Source: Camelus ferus
Lineage: Eukaryota
Assembly: GCF_009834535.1 (NCBI RefSeq)
Contig: NC_045697.1
Span: 55,802,001-55,866,000, forward strand
Reading direction: 5' to 3'
Length of the DNA: 64,000 nt
Made by a program: the position numbers and the translations under genes. Below, piece by piece: positions 40,726 through 52,794 of this stretch (position 1 is the stretch's first letter; each line of letters starts with the position of its first letter). Under the pieces are notes generated by a model, which searched no databases, was not told where the DNA came from, and worked only from the letters and a program-made list of their open reading frames with translations.

Positions 40726-40809
40726 GTTATCTGCACCTCCATGTTCATAGCAGTATTATTTACAATAGCCAAAACATGGGAAAAAACCTATCTATCAATG
40801 GATGAATGG

Positions 40810-40912
40810 ATATATATATCTATGTATCTATATATCTATATCTATCTATACGTTTATGTATGTATCTATATGTCTCTCTCACTATATATATATATATATA
40901 CATACATATATC
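40810..40912. repeat. Imperfect (TA)n/(TATC)n low-complexity tract inside L1
   Basis: Direct reading. Confidence 0.85.
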
Positions 40913-41389
40913 AATGGAATATTATTCAGCCATAAAAAGAGAAAGCCCTACCATTTGTCATAATGTAGATGGACCCTGAAGGCATTATGCTAAGTGGAGT
41001 AAGTCAGATAGATTTGTCGTTACCAGACGTGGAGGGCAGGGGAAGAGAGAATTGATAAAAGGTAACAAAAGATACAAACTTCCAGTTATAAGATAAATAA
41101 ATATCAGGGATGCAGTGTACAGCATGATGACTATAGCTAACAATGCTGAATGATATACAGTAAAGTTGTTAAGAGAGTAAATCCTATAAGTTTTCATCAC
41201 AAAGAGAATTTCTTCCTTTTTTCCTTTTTTTCCATTCTTTTCTATTTATTGTATTCATATGAGAAGATGAGTGTTAGCTAAACTTATTGTGAAATATAAT
41301 CATTTTACAATGTATGTAAATCAACCCATTATGCTGTATGCCTTAAAACTTATACAGTGAAATATGTAAATTATTTATAAATAAAACTA

Positions 41390-42525
41390 ACACTATAAAA
41401 TTTTTAGAAGAAAATATATAGAAAATCTTCATGACATTGGATTTGGCAATGGTTTCTTGGTTATGGCACTAAAAGAATGGGCAAAAAAGAAAATACAGAA
41501 ATAGTACTTTGTAAAAATAAAAAAAAACTGTGCATCAAAGGACACTATCAAGAGAGTAAACAGGCAGCCCATAGAATGGGAGAAAATATCTGCAAATCAT
41601 ATAGCTGTTAAAAATTTATATCCAGAATATAAAAAGAACTCCTACAAGTCAACAACAACAACACAACAACATCAAAACCCAATTTAAAAGGGGACAAGGG
41701 ATTTGAATAGACACTTCTCCAAGGAATATTTACTAATGGCCAATAAACACATGAAAAGATGCTTAACACCACTAATCTTTGGGAAATGCAAATCAAAACC
41801 ACAATGAGATAACATTTTATGTTCTTTAGGATAACTATTACCAAGAAAACAGAAAAATAAAAATGTTGGTAAGGATGAGGAAAAACTGGAATGTTTGTGC
41901 ATTGCTGGTGAGAATGTAAAATGGTGCAGTTGTTATAGAACATTACATGGTAGGTTCTCAAAAAATTAGACACAAAATTACTATATGACTCGGCAATTCC
42001 ACCTCTAGGTATATACCCAAAAGAACTGAAAGCAGGGGCTTGCACCAATGTTTACAGCAGTTTTACTTATAATAGCCAAAACATAAAAACAACCCAAATA
42101 CCCAATATCAATAAATGGATAAAAATATGTGGAATATATACACAATGGAATAATCTGCAGACTTAGAAAAGAATGAAATTCTTATACAAGTTCCAGTATG
42201 TATGAACCTTAAAATTACCATGTTAAGTGAAGTAAGGCAAACACAAAGGACAGATACTGCTTGATTTTACTTAGATGAGGCACCTACAGTAGTCAAACTC
42301 ACAGTCAGAAAGAAGAATAGCAGTTACCCTGGAAAATGGGAAATTATTACTCAATGTGTACAGAATTTCAGTTTGGGAAGATGAAAAATTTCTGGACATG
42401 GATAACAGTAATGGCTGAACAACAATATAAATGTACTTAATGCAACTAAATTGTATGCTTAAACATAACATGTTTATGCATAAAATGGTAAGTTTTATGT
42501 TATGTATGTTTCACTGCAGTAAAAA
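41390..42525 (+). mobile_element. L1MB-type element 3' part
   Basis: cttcatgacattggatttggcaatg; gcaattccacctctaggtatatacccaaaagaactgaaagcaggg; 3' UTR gatgaaaaatttctggacatgg...aaaatggtaagttttatgttatgtat. Confidence 0.88.
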
Positions 42526-42984
42526 TGCAAATAACATTATTATGAATACTTCAACTTTAAAAAAAATAGAGAATTGAGATGAGCAAATTTTTTTCCAAAT
42601 ATATCAATCTTGGAAAGTTCAAGGCAAATTAAGAGCAGTTAGTCATGTAAAAACTTAATTTGAAAAAAAAATATGGTGGAGGTGAGCATAAATATCCAGA
42701 AGTTTTACAAATGTGATTCAATTTATAAAAATTCATTTGTTTATAGTTTTTCAATATTTCTGCAAAGTAACATATTCTTATTTTTCTTGATTTCACAGAC
42801 ATAAAAATTAAGGAGGAATGATTATACCAGTATAATTGTCCTTCTACAGAGCCAAGGGTTCTTTGAGCAAGGACTGTAAAAGAGTGGAGTTGAAAATAGC
42901 TTATAAATAGTACATAATATTGAACCACAAGAGACTGTAGGTATCCAGGGATCCACTTTGTAGACAATAACAAAGCAGACATTC

Positions 42985-43565
42985 TGTGCAGTGCAATGTT
43001 AACTCATCAAGTTTTGGGTGTCCTAATTGTGCACATTCCAAATTGACCTTTGATTGGCTTCTGGGAGATAACTTTAAGCTCTATTGATATCTTGCCTGAC
43101 AAAGGCATTTTTACACCTGGGGCCTTTGGCCACACAAAAGAGTTTAGGCTAAATATATGACTCATCACCTTGAGCCATGTGGTATCCACTTGATCTCTGA
43201 AGGGGTTGGAGACTGTGTAACCATGGGCAGTCACACAGGTGCTTCATTCATGTCTATGTGACCAACCACCAATAAAACCCCTGGATACCTACTCTCAGGT
43301 GAGCTTCCCTGGTTGGCAGTACTCCACATGCACACATCACTTCTGGGAGAATTAAGTGTCATCCATGCAACTCCCCTGAGAGAAGAAAACCGGACACTTG
43401 TGTTTGGCCTCTCATAGATCTGGCTCCCTGCATCTTTTTTCCTTGCTGATTTGAATCTGTATTCATTTGCTGTAATAAGCAATCGCCATGTGTATCACAG
43501 CTTTTCTGAATTCTTTGAGTTCCACCAAATCACTGAAACTGACAGTGGTACTGGGACCAGCCACA
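42985..43565 (+). mobile_element. ERVL-class solo LTR (MER77/MER21 group)
   Basis: TG...CA termini (tgtgcag...gccaca) and diagnostic internal motifs aataaaacccctgga..ctcaggtgagcttccctggttggcagtactcc and ccttgctgatttgaatctgtat. Confidence 0.85.
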
Positions 43566-43859
43566 TGTAGCCTGAGAAAAGCACCATTCCAAGAGACCAT
43601 ACAAAAGAGAGAATAATTTGTGGAAAACAATGGGAAGGCATCCAGAGACAGACAAAGCAAGTTCACAAAACCAGTAAAATAGAACACTCATCCTAGAGTA
43701 ATTTCTAGAGACAATACTTACAGTGTGTCTGAGTCCTGCTCTATTGTTAGAGAAAACCTGATGCAATTAAATTTAGGATTTAAAAAAAATCAAATCTATT
43801 CTGACCATGAATATGAAACCTGAGTTCTCTGTTGTGTACGGCTTGATGGATAAGTGAGG

Positions 43860-44070
43860 ACTTTAACTCAGGTTACTTGGGCTCTGATTCAAGCTTCTCC
43901 AATTACTGCCTGGGTATCCTCTGGCAATTTAGACTCACTGTCAGTGTATCAGCTTCCCACATATACAATAGTGAGACCAAGCATGCCAGCTTCATAATTT
44001 ATGGGCATTAAGTAAGTTAATATATGTAAAATGCTTAACCAGGGCCTAGTAAGGGTTTACTAAATGATTT
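43860..44070 (+). mobile_element. MIR SINE
   Basis: tcagcttcccacatatacaatagtgag...attaagtaagttaatatatgtaaaatgcttaaccagggcctag. Confidence 0.7.
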
Positions 44071-45104
44071 TTATAATCTCCCCAGAAGGCACTGGAAATA
44101 AATGAATTATTGTTTCAGTCTTAAAAAAATTCTATAATGAAATGTTCACTCTTGAGTTATTCAAATACATAAAAACATACAATTTTTCTTTCTAAAATAA
44201 TTAGTGTCATTTTATTTTGCATCTGTTAATAATTATTGTTAATGATTTTTAAAGTGTTACCTTAGAATTCATGGTAAATGTTATCACAGGGCTTTTTTAG
44301 CCCTTTATTCACTAATATGGATCATTGAATATTCCCACTTACTTACAAAGTACCTTTTAAAAAGTTTATTTATGCCATAAATAAACCAATCTGCATTTGT
44401 AAAGTGCTACATGACTTTCTTCCCTCCCATCTCACACATATGTAGTGATCCTAGAGCACTGTCATGCATTGGCTGACTCCACATTCTGGCTTAGAAAAGA
44501 AAAAAAAAAAAAGAAATTACACTACTTTTGAGATTGTGCTACTAAAAAATGACTGAAGAAAGGAAGAAACAGAAGAATGCCTCTGTCACTATTTGTCACT
44601 GTCATGGCTCAGAGGATCCCATTCCAACTGAGGATGCCATTCTTTGTGAAGCTGATGTGCCTGGATGGTGGAATAGAGATGATACTCCACACTACAGTGA
44701 CACTCTGCTACACACCCACAGAACAGTGCCATATTCTCTCTTAAGTTCAGCAAGTGTATGTGAAAGGAAGAATCCCGAGAGTGAGGACACTTTGTTTTAT
44801 AACTAAGAGAAAGGAAACGGCTCTTGCTTCACTGTTAGGAATTTCAAAGTTTCCTTTTTCAGTAACTAGCATTAGGCTGTGGCTTCTATCAACAATCTCC
44901 TGTTCTTTACCATCCACTGCTTCACTCAAACCACAAATTCTGTTCACTGTATCACTTACACATTTCTCAAATATATAATTCTTTCACTTGCATTAGCACT
45001 AACAGAATATGTGACATTACTTATTTCCCCTAGTAAATAACAATCTCTTAATATTCACTTTTGATATGTTTTTAGGGGAAAAAAACACATAAAGAAAGTT
45101 TTAA

Positions 45105-45650
45105 ATAAAGAAACTTACTGTGTACAAAGAACTCTTAACAATAAGAGAACAAACAATTAAAAAGGGCAAAAGACTAACAGACACCTCGCCAAACAAGATA
45201 TAAAAATAGCAAAAATCACATGAGAAGATGGTCCACATCATGTTATCGAGGGAATTGCAAATAAAAACAACAGTGTGACACCACTAAATGCCAATTACAA
45301 TGGACAAAATCTGGAATACTGACAATACTAAATGCTGACAAGCTGTGGATCAAAAAGAATTCATGAACTGCTAGTGGGAATGCAATGATACAGCCACTTT
45401 GGAAAACAGCCTGGTGATTCTTACCAAACTAAATATAAGCTTATCATATAATCAGGCAATCATACTCCTTGATATTTACCCAAAGGAACTGAAAATTTAC
45501 TTCTACACGAAAACTTCAACATGAGTATTTACAAAAACTTTATTTATAAATTGACAAAACCTGGAAGCAACCAAGATGTCCTTCTGTAGGTAAACAAATA
45601 AACTGTGGTATATTAAGATAATGGAATATTATACAGCACTAATAAGAAAC
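45105..45650 (+). mobile_element. L1MC-type ORF2 3' fragment
   Basis: gcaatcatactccttgatatttacccaaagg; aaaacctggaagcaaccaagatgtccttctgtagg; aactgtggtatatt...atggaatattatacagcac. Confidence 0.85.
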
Positions 45651-45744
45651 CGATTACATCCTTTTGATGCATACCCAGTTTCATAGGCTGAAGACCAACA
45701 ATATTAAAACATGACAACATCCACAATAATTAACTGTGATTTAA

Positions 45745-46185
45745 CTTTCTAGCCTTACTTTCTAATAGTCTCACTTTGTATTATCATGTTTTGGCCACAA
45801 TGAATTTCTTTCATTACCTGAATTATACCAGATTTTCTTTTCCATAGGTCCTTTGCATTATGTTCTTTCCTCTGCTAGAAATGCTATTCAGACAATCTCT
45901 TAACTGCCTAATTCCTGCTCATTCTTCAGATCTAGGCAGAAAATGAACTTATTTAGAAGGGCTTTCCTTTGCTGGCCATAAAAAAAATCTAGTTCCTAGT
46001 TCTATGTTTTTATTATATATGGTATGTTCCTTCATTCCATATTCAAATTGATTTGTATAAAATTTGCCTCAGCTGGTAGATTGTAATCTCTGTGAGTTCA
46101 AAGAATCAATCTATCTTGTCAGTAGCACAACATACAGCACATGGTAGGTTCTCAAGTAATATTAAATTACATGGTTGAATGACTA
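45745..46185 (+). mobile_element. L2 LINE 3' fragment
   Basis: ctttgcattatgttctttcctctgctagaaatgct...gcctaattcctgctcattcttcagatct...gcacatggtaggttctcaagtaata. Confidence 0.75.
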
Positions 46186-47182
46186 AGTTGATCAATATGG
46201 ACAGAAAAAACAAAGTAAGGGGGAAATTGTCAGTTGATCATAGGATATGTATCTCTGAATATCTAACTCTCTTCTTCTAATCCAGACTGGGAGCAAATAA
46301 TTGATTGATAATTGTTAAGAAAACTTCCATTTTTTAAAAAAAATTCTGCCCAAAAAAAGAGTAGCATTTTAAATAGGTTTTTAAAATACATGGATACAAA
46401 AATTTAAAGCAATTTTTTAATAAAATATATATTCTTATATCTAAAACACAAATACAATTTTTAGTCTAAAATAGTATTCTGCTTATAATTCACTTTTTCT
46501 TATATTTTCCCCAACTTTTCCTAAAATGAAAATCCAGAAAAAATGAAATTCATGTTCATACCAAAAATCAAGTCAGTCACCAATACATATGTGATACTGA
46601 TATGAAATCTCTGATTACAATATTAATGATATTACACTGAGAAAGACATTTGACAGATGGCTTTTTTTCTTACTTGAAACAAAATACATTATGCTTGGAA
46701 GAATTCAAATTAGTACCAACTTGAAATTGATTAGCTTTCTCTAATCCACATATATTATCTCTTAAAATGAACAAAGGATTTTCTGTCTCAATATGTTCAA
46801 TAACATATACTTTGAGATTTCAGTTCCCATAATTTAAATTTGTGGTGTATAGATGTACACTTGATGACACATCTTATTTAAGAAGATAGAAATTTTCAAA
46901 GTAAAATGTTACAAAAACAATATTGGTAAGAGTGCATTTAAGCTCAGTATTCAGCAGCCACACTAGATGAAATCCTCATAGGTCTTATAAACCATGTTGT
47001 AAATCTCAGTCTACATCAGATCAAGATTTTACGGAGGAATTCTACAAATACTCAAATACAAGTTTGCTCAGAATTTCGTATTTACTTGATTCAAGTTACA
47101 TGAGCACTTCATTGCAAAAGTAATAGACTGCTATTATATATCAAATGTGCTTTTATTCTCAATTTCTGTATTTTTAGTTAAA

Positions 47183-47380
47183 TCAGAATTCAGCAAACCA
47201 TAGTTCATAAGTCAATAGATAAAGTTTTATGGTAACATAACCATGCTCTTAATCTACACATTGTCTATGACATGTATAGCTACAATGACAGAGTTGAGCA
47301 GTGGTGACAAGGACCATATGCCCTTCAAAGCCTAAACTATCTACAATCTGACTCTTAACAGAAAAAATTGCTGATTCTGG
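47183..47380. mobile_element. hAT-Charlie MITE (MER58A-like)
   Basis: Terminal inverted repeats cagaattcagcaaa / ttgctgattctgg, and internal cagagttgagcagtggtgacaaggaccatatg...aaagcctaaactat. Confidence 0.8.
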
Positions 47381-48229
47381 TATGTCATTGCACTTTACCT
47401 GTTCCTTAAATATGGGAATATTAGCCTTAATTATTTTAGCTTGTATTGAAACACCAAGAATCACTAAATCTAAGGAAAAGCTACATATCCAGAGTTTGAA
47501 GAAAGAAAACTATATACTAGATAGATTCTAGGTACTAGACAGATTCCTCATTCCAGTATATGTAAGTGGAGCAACAAATTAATAAGTAAAATACCTATCT
47601 AAAGCAACTTTCTAATTCTAGTTTCCTACAGGAAGTTGAAGGTTCAGAGGTAAAATTTTGCAGTTTGAACAGTCACATGTTGGCAGAGATTTTATAAATA
47701 CAGCTCTTCTAATATCTTTGTAGGTTTTCTATGTATTTGATTATATTTCATCCATGCTTCAAAATCACACAAATAGCAGTTTTTGATAAATGCCTCTCAC
47801 TAGCAGGTCAGCTCATAGTTCAGACTTTTTAATTCATGACTTTGAATTCCCTAAAAACACTTTCGTCAAGCTAAGAATATCCACTAGGTAATACCTTAAT
47901 TCATTAAGAGGTCTTAAAGGATCTCATAATCATGCTACTGATTCAGTCTTTATCCTGACATTGTCTTACTTTTAGAATCTCTGACTCACTAGATGAAAGA
48001 AATAAGTTTATTTCCCAACCAAGCAAATTCCAGTATCTAGGCATTCTCTTAGAATCCAAAGTGTCTAGTTATTTTTTGTTTCATACATTTTTTTCACAAA
48101 CAGCTAAAATAAATAAATATATACTTTCAATATTTTACTTAGACAATTCTTCCCAAATCCAAAAGAATTTTAGTATCATTGAAATAAAAAGTCAAGTCCC
48201 CTGAGGCAACATTTTTATCAAATGATTAG

Positions 48230-48903
48230 AAAGATACAGTACAGGTGGCCACTTTTTCAGACCGTTTCAGAGGTTTCCTTTTCATTTTTTCCACGCTGCT
48301 CTAACAATGTCCTCACTACTTTTCCAGTCTCTACTAACACTTCTTTTCTGCCATCATCCAGCCCCCAATCCAGTGCCACACATTTTAGGGTCCTTTTTAG
48401 TAATATTCCACTCCTGGAACCAATTTCTGCATCAGATATCTACTGCCACAATAATGCTGCAAAACAAATCACCACAAAAAGTGGCCTAAACCAATGAGCA
48501 TCTATTTATCTCACAAGACTGTGGTTCAGCATTCAGGCTGGGTGGCTCTTCTGGCTTTAATTGTGCTCACCTATGTTTTTGGATTTTAGCAGACTGTCAA
48601 CTGGGATAACAAGGGTTACTGGGCCACCTGATCTCATCCTATTGCACATTAACTCATTCCTGTGATCATAATGGTGACAAGAGGACAAGAGTGAGAGTGG
48701 AAACATATGCTTTTTCAAGCCTATACGTGGACCACATATGCTAACATCCCTTCTGCCAAAGCACATCACTTGTCCAAACTCAGAATCAAAGGGCTATGAA
48801 ATACTTTGCCTCACTGGTAGAAAGCACTACAAAGTCACATGTCAGAGGGTGTTATTTGAGGGGAGAAATGAAGAATAGGCCCATTAATGCAGTCTACACA
48901 ACA
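48230..48903 (-). mobile_element. MaLR remnant: MLT1-type LTR (about 48428-48903) plus adjoining internal-region fragment
   Basis: Antisense MLT1 end (ctactgccacaataatgctgcaaaacaaatcacc...gtggcctaaacc). The junction ccactcctggaaccaatttc is the antisense of the MaLR LTR/internal boundary. Confidence 0.7.
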
Positions 48904-49477
48904 ATAGCAGGCTTCAGTGGAAACCATGGCCTCTCCTACCTAGGAAATAATTTTCCCATCTATGCTTACCACATAAATACTCTGACAGCAGATAGTTCAG
49001 GGAGACAATGAGTCACGTGTACCCAGTTTCTTCTCCCACTGTCCCATGGACAGAAACCTTAAACCAACTGTCACTGAGGCAAAGGGTAGAGAGACCAGGA
49101 ATACTAATCTGATACTTTAAAAATACTAAATACATGTTCTCCTATTTGCACTTAATTTTGGTTCTTATTTTTAACAGTTGTGGGACTTTGACTATGTCAG
49201 CCATTCTATCTCATTGTAGTTGCTCTGTAAGGCATTGTCTTTGTTTTGTCTGCGTATTTTTCCCTTCTCCCTAATCTGAGGAATGTCTTTTTATGTTACA
49301 TTTTCTATGATTTAGTATAGTTAAGGACAAACATTTTGATTAATAAATGAATTAATTAACTACCATTTTGATGTAATGAAGAGTATATCTGTAACTTAAA
49401 TAGGTCTCTGTAATAACAGTGAAAACCCTAAAAAGGTAAGAAGCACAGAGAAATTGTTGGTTGGTTTGAGATGAGTT

Positions 49478-50010
49478 CACTTAGCCTGGATTCCCTAGAA
49501 GCAGAGCCATGGATGTGGAGCTAACTATGTGCACTGTTTTATTACATAGTGCAGTCTCATGACTACAGGATAAGGAAAACAAAGAAAAGAGAGACAGTCC
49601 TTGAAAAGATATATTACAAGCTGTCCTCTGCCACTCTGTGACTGATTGTTCTGTGGGACCATGCCCCTGAGGAACCATATAAATTGTGTGTTACAACTAT
49701 CTGTAAGGGATAGAAAAGGGGAATAATTTATCTACTGGTCTTTTATCACATTGGTCAAAGTTCAGCTCCTCTTGGGGTTTTAATTTCCCTAACCTTTCAG
49801 GGTTGTGCATGTCCGGGCTACACATGCATGGGCTATTCTTCTATAGGTAAAGACCAGAGCATCATGGACAGCATCACCAGTGCAGTCCCCAGCTTGCAAA
49901 TCAGAGTTGTATGCAGAAGCCAGAAGTGCAGGTGAGATCAGTCAGTACTCCCTCCCAGCTGGAGCAAGAGGCTGGTGAAGCTGAGATGATCAGCAGTAAT
50001 ACTAAAGAAT
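49478..50010 (-). mobile_element. ERVL solo LTR (LTR33-like), antisense
   Basis: cttagcctggattccctagaagcagagcc...; ggggaataatttatctactgg...cattggtcaaag. Confidence 0.55.
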
Positions 50011-50332
50011 TGTTTTTACATCAGGTTATTAAAAGAAAAGTGAAAGATTAAAATTCACCTAATTTGTCTTTTGATGAGGTAACATTCATTTATTTGTTAG
50101 TTTATTATTTCTGTCCACATTGTGCCAGACATGATACTGGATACCAGGTAGATGTGTTGATAAGAGCCAAATCAAAGACTTTTAAATTTTAACTGAAGAA
50201 GGAACTATAGTTTTAAGTGTGGTAGCAAGTCACTTACAACCAGTGTTGAACTTTAGTGGAAGAAAAAACAATATATTTCCAATGGAGAATGTGTTAGTGT
50301 ACTCTTTAGAATGAGTATCAACAACTGCAGCA

Positions 50333-50406
50333 TTGTGCTGTACACTACAAGTTGACACAACGTTGTAAACTGACTGTACTTCAATAAATACACACAAACA
50401 AAAAAA
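50333..50406 (+). mobile_element. Short L1 3' tail insertion with TSD
   Basis: ttgtgctgtacactacaagttgacacaacgttgtaaactgactgtacttcaataaa plus tail. TSD aacaactgcagca (50320-50332) and aataacagcagca (50407-50419). Confidence 0.85.
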
Positions 50407-52794
50407 AATAACAGCAGCAAATTAATATTCTGAATAAACTGGAGCTACTACAAAAGCCTTGGAAAAATGGAATTGAAGGAAATGTCAGTGATAAGACCAA
50501 AAGTACCAAAGAATGTGTGGGCTTTGTATGTGCGGGTATCAAAACATAAAGTCAGAGGAATGAAATTAAACAATATTTCAACCCTTTGCTAAAAAACCTC
50601 TGGCAATAAAACAATGGTCATGAATTCTAAGTAAGAACCAACACATAAGGCAAAACATACAGGCTACTACATCACATAGATAAAGCATACATTGAAAACT
50701 ATTTTATAAGAGAGTAGCTATATCAAATAATTTGTTCTTAATTTTCTTCTAGTTGGCTTGGCCTATAACCAATTGTCATAACTGCATTTACATAACATTA
50801 ATTTAGGAAGAAAAAATTATTTAACTATCTCTATATTTGGACAAAGGAGAAACAAAACAAGTTCTGTTTTATGTATACAAATGAAAAAAGCATTAAGACT
50901 TCAAATACTTTCTCTGCAGGAAGCCAATGTTAAATAGCAGAGAGACCAAAATACATTTGGCATACAGAGGGCACAGAATTCATCTAAATAATTCAGCTGA
51001 TAGAGAATGAAGATAAAGCTGAAGGGGTAAAAATCAGACTATATATTGCACCACTGACATGGGAGAAAGTCGGTGTGGTTCTATCGGTTTCAAAGAATTT
51101 CTTACATTCCTGAATTTACTGTGTGTTACAGTGAATCTGACTATAAGATGTTTCTTCCAGCTTATCACAAACAAAATAATTCAGTAGAAGTTATATGTAA
51201 ATCAAACAAATATGTTTATATGTATGAAGAGTTGTACGATTCCCTGCATCCCTGTAATTTTTTTTCTCATTTAATGTCTTAGTAGGATAATGGTGACAAT
51301 ACAAGCAATGTAACCACAAGAGAGTGAGTTTTTTTTGTTTTATATGTCTCTCCATGGTCAAACTGAAATCCTTCCTTATGTGAAATGCATGCAGTGTTCC
51401 CAGTTCAATTTCAGTAAATGAGATCCTATCATGTGAGTACCACACACTACTTTAGTACTGTTTCATTTGACAGATGGTCACTGTTCAGGAACACATTTTT
51501 CCTAGTTCTGACAGTACCTAGGAGTTGAATTTCCCCTTATATGTTAGATTTAGCATCAGTAAGGTTTTAAATATATATATAGCTACATATGCAGCACAAT
51601 GATGGCCCATCTTTTTGAGAGTCAAGAGCATAGTATGGCAAAAATGATTAACTATATATTGACACCCTGTGCGAATGTAAATATATTTTTATTTCTATCA
51701 TGTGAAAAGTGTAAGTTGCATTATATAAGATCTATTTCAGTTATCAAAAAATTGGTTGCTGTTCATGACAATTTAGATTGTAGTGAAACATGCCTCAATA
51801 ATATAATATTTGAAAACATAAGTGTGATATCATTTCTTTACAAAACAAAAAACATGTGCAGCATATAGATATAAAGTCACCTAGAAATTCAAGGTTTGTA
51901 AAGAAATACCACTATTTACTACTTCTACTAGATGAAATATTTAACTTAATAGTACCTCCTCTGCTACAAATAAGAAGGTATATTGGCCATTCTTAAATTA
52001 TTATCTTCAAATAAAACACTTTGCATATAATTATAAACCCCTTTGTTTGCACAAATATATCAAAGCATTCCTTAATAGATTTGCCTTAAAACAGATGAAA
52101 GTATAAAATATGCCCTAAATCTCTTGTCAATACAGTATTTTTTCCTCTACTTTTCAATTATTATACAAAGGAAATCTTGTTATAATCTGCTCTTTGTTCT
52201 CCACAAAGTTAAGCATGGGTATTACCACTGGTTTCAGTATTGAGAATTTGAGTGCACAAAGGATTGTCAGTTCAAAAGGCTTTCAGCTAGTACACAGAGC
52301 AATTCTACTGGTTAGAAGAGGAAGTGTTATATCATTAAGACCTTCAGAACAAACAGATATATCTTTTTTAAAGTGATAGTAGGTTTTTTTTTAATTTATA
52401 CAATATTTAAATGTCTGAAAATGTAGGATAATGATTGCATATTATAATTGGAATATAGTAGGGATGTCTCTTGTCGCCCTAGGGGTATTTAGTAAGAATA
52501 TCTTTTGTGTGTGCACATATCTTTTAAGTCATGTATTTGTGTTTCTTTATTTTTTCCAGACCTTTCTGAAAAAATAAAAAAGAAAATGAGTAGAAATGTC
52601 TTAAATATGACTCTCTACAATCTTTGTGGTATCCTAATTATTGCAAATAATAACCAAAATCCAGGCATTTATCCATGGGCATAATACAAAGAGTAGTCTC
52701 TCTTGACTATTTAATATCAACTTCCATGAATGTCTTAAATTAGACTACACAAATTAGTAAATTTTCTTTTTTCTTTTTACTTTTTACTTACATT

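Larger units (their letters stand above)
39608..41388 (+). mobile_element. L1MA-type element (ORF2 3' part plus 3' UTR) carrying nested short L1 tails and microsatellites
   Basis: gtatggtactggtacaaaaacaaatagaccaatggaatagaat; tcttcaataaatggtgctggga; [13 protein letters not shown]; 3' UTR gtacagcatgatgactatagctaacaat...ttatgctgtatgccttaaaacttatacagtg. Confidence 0.88.

Noticed and set aside
41608..42048. 146-aa minus ORF and similar hydrophobic ORFs (25931, 32843, 33886, 34448, 61338)
   Set aside because: These are antisense shadow frames of L1 sequence.
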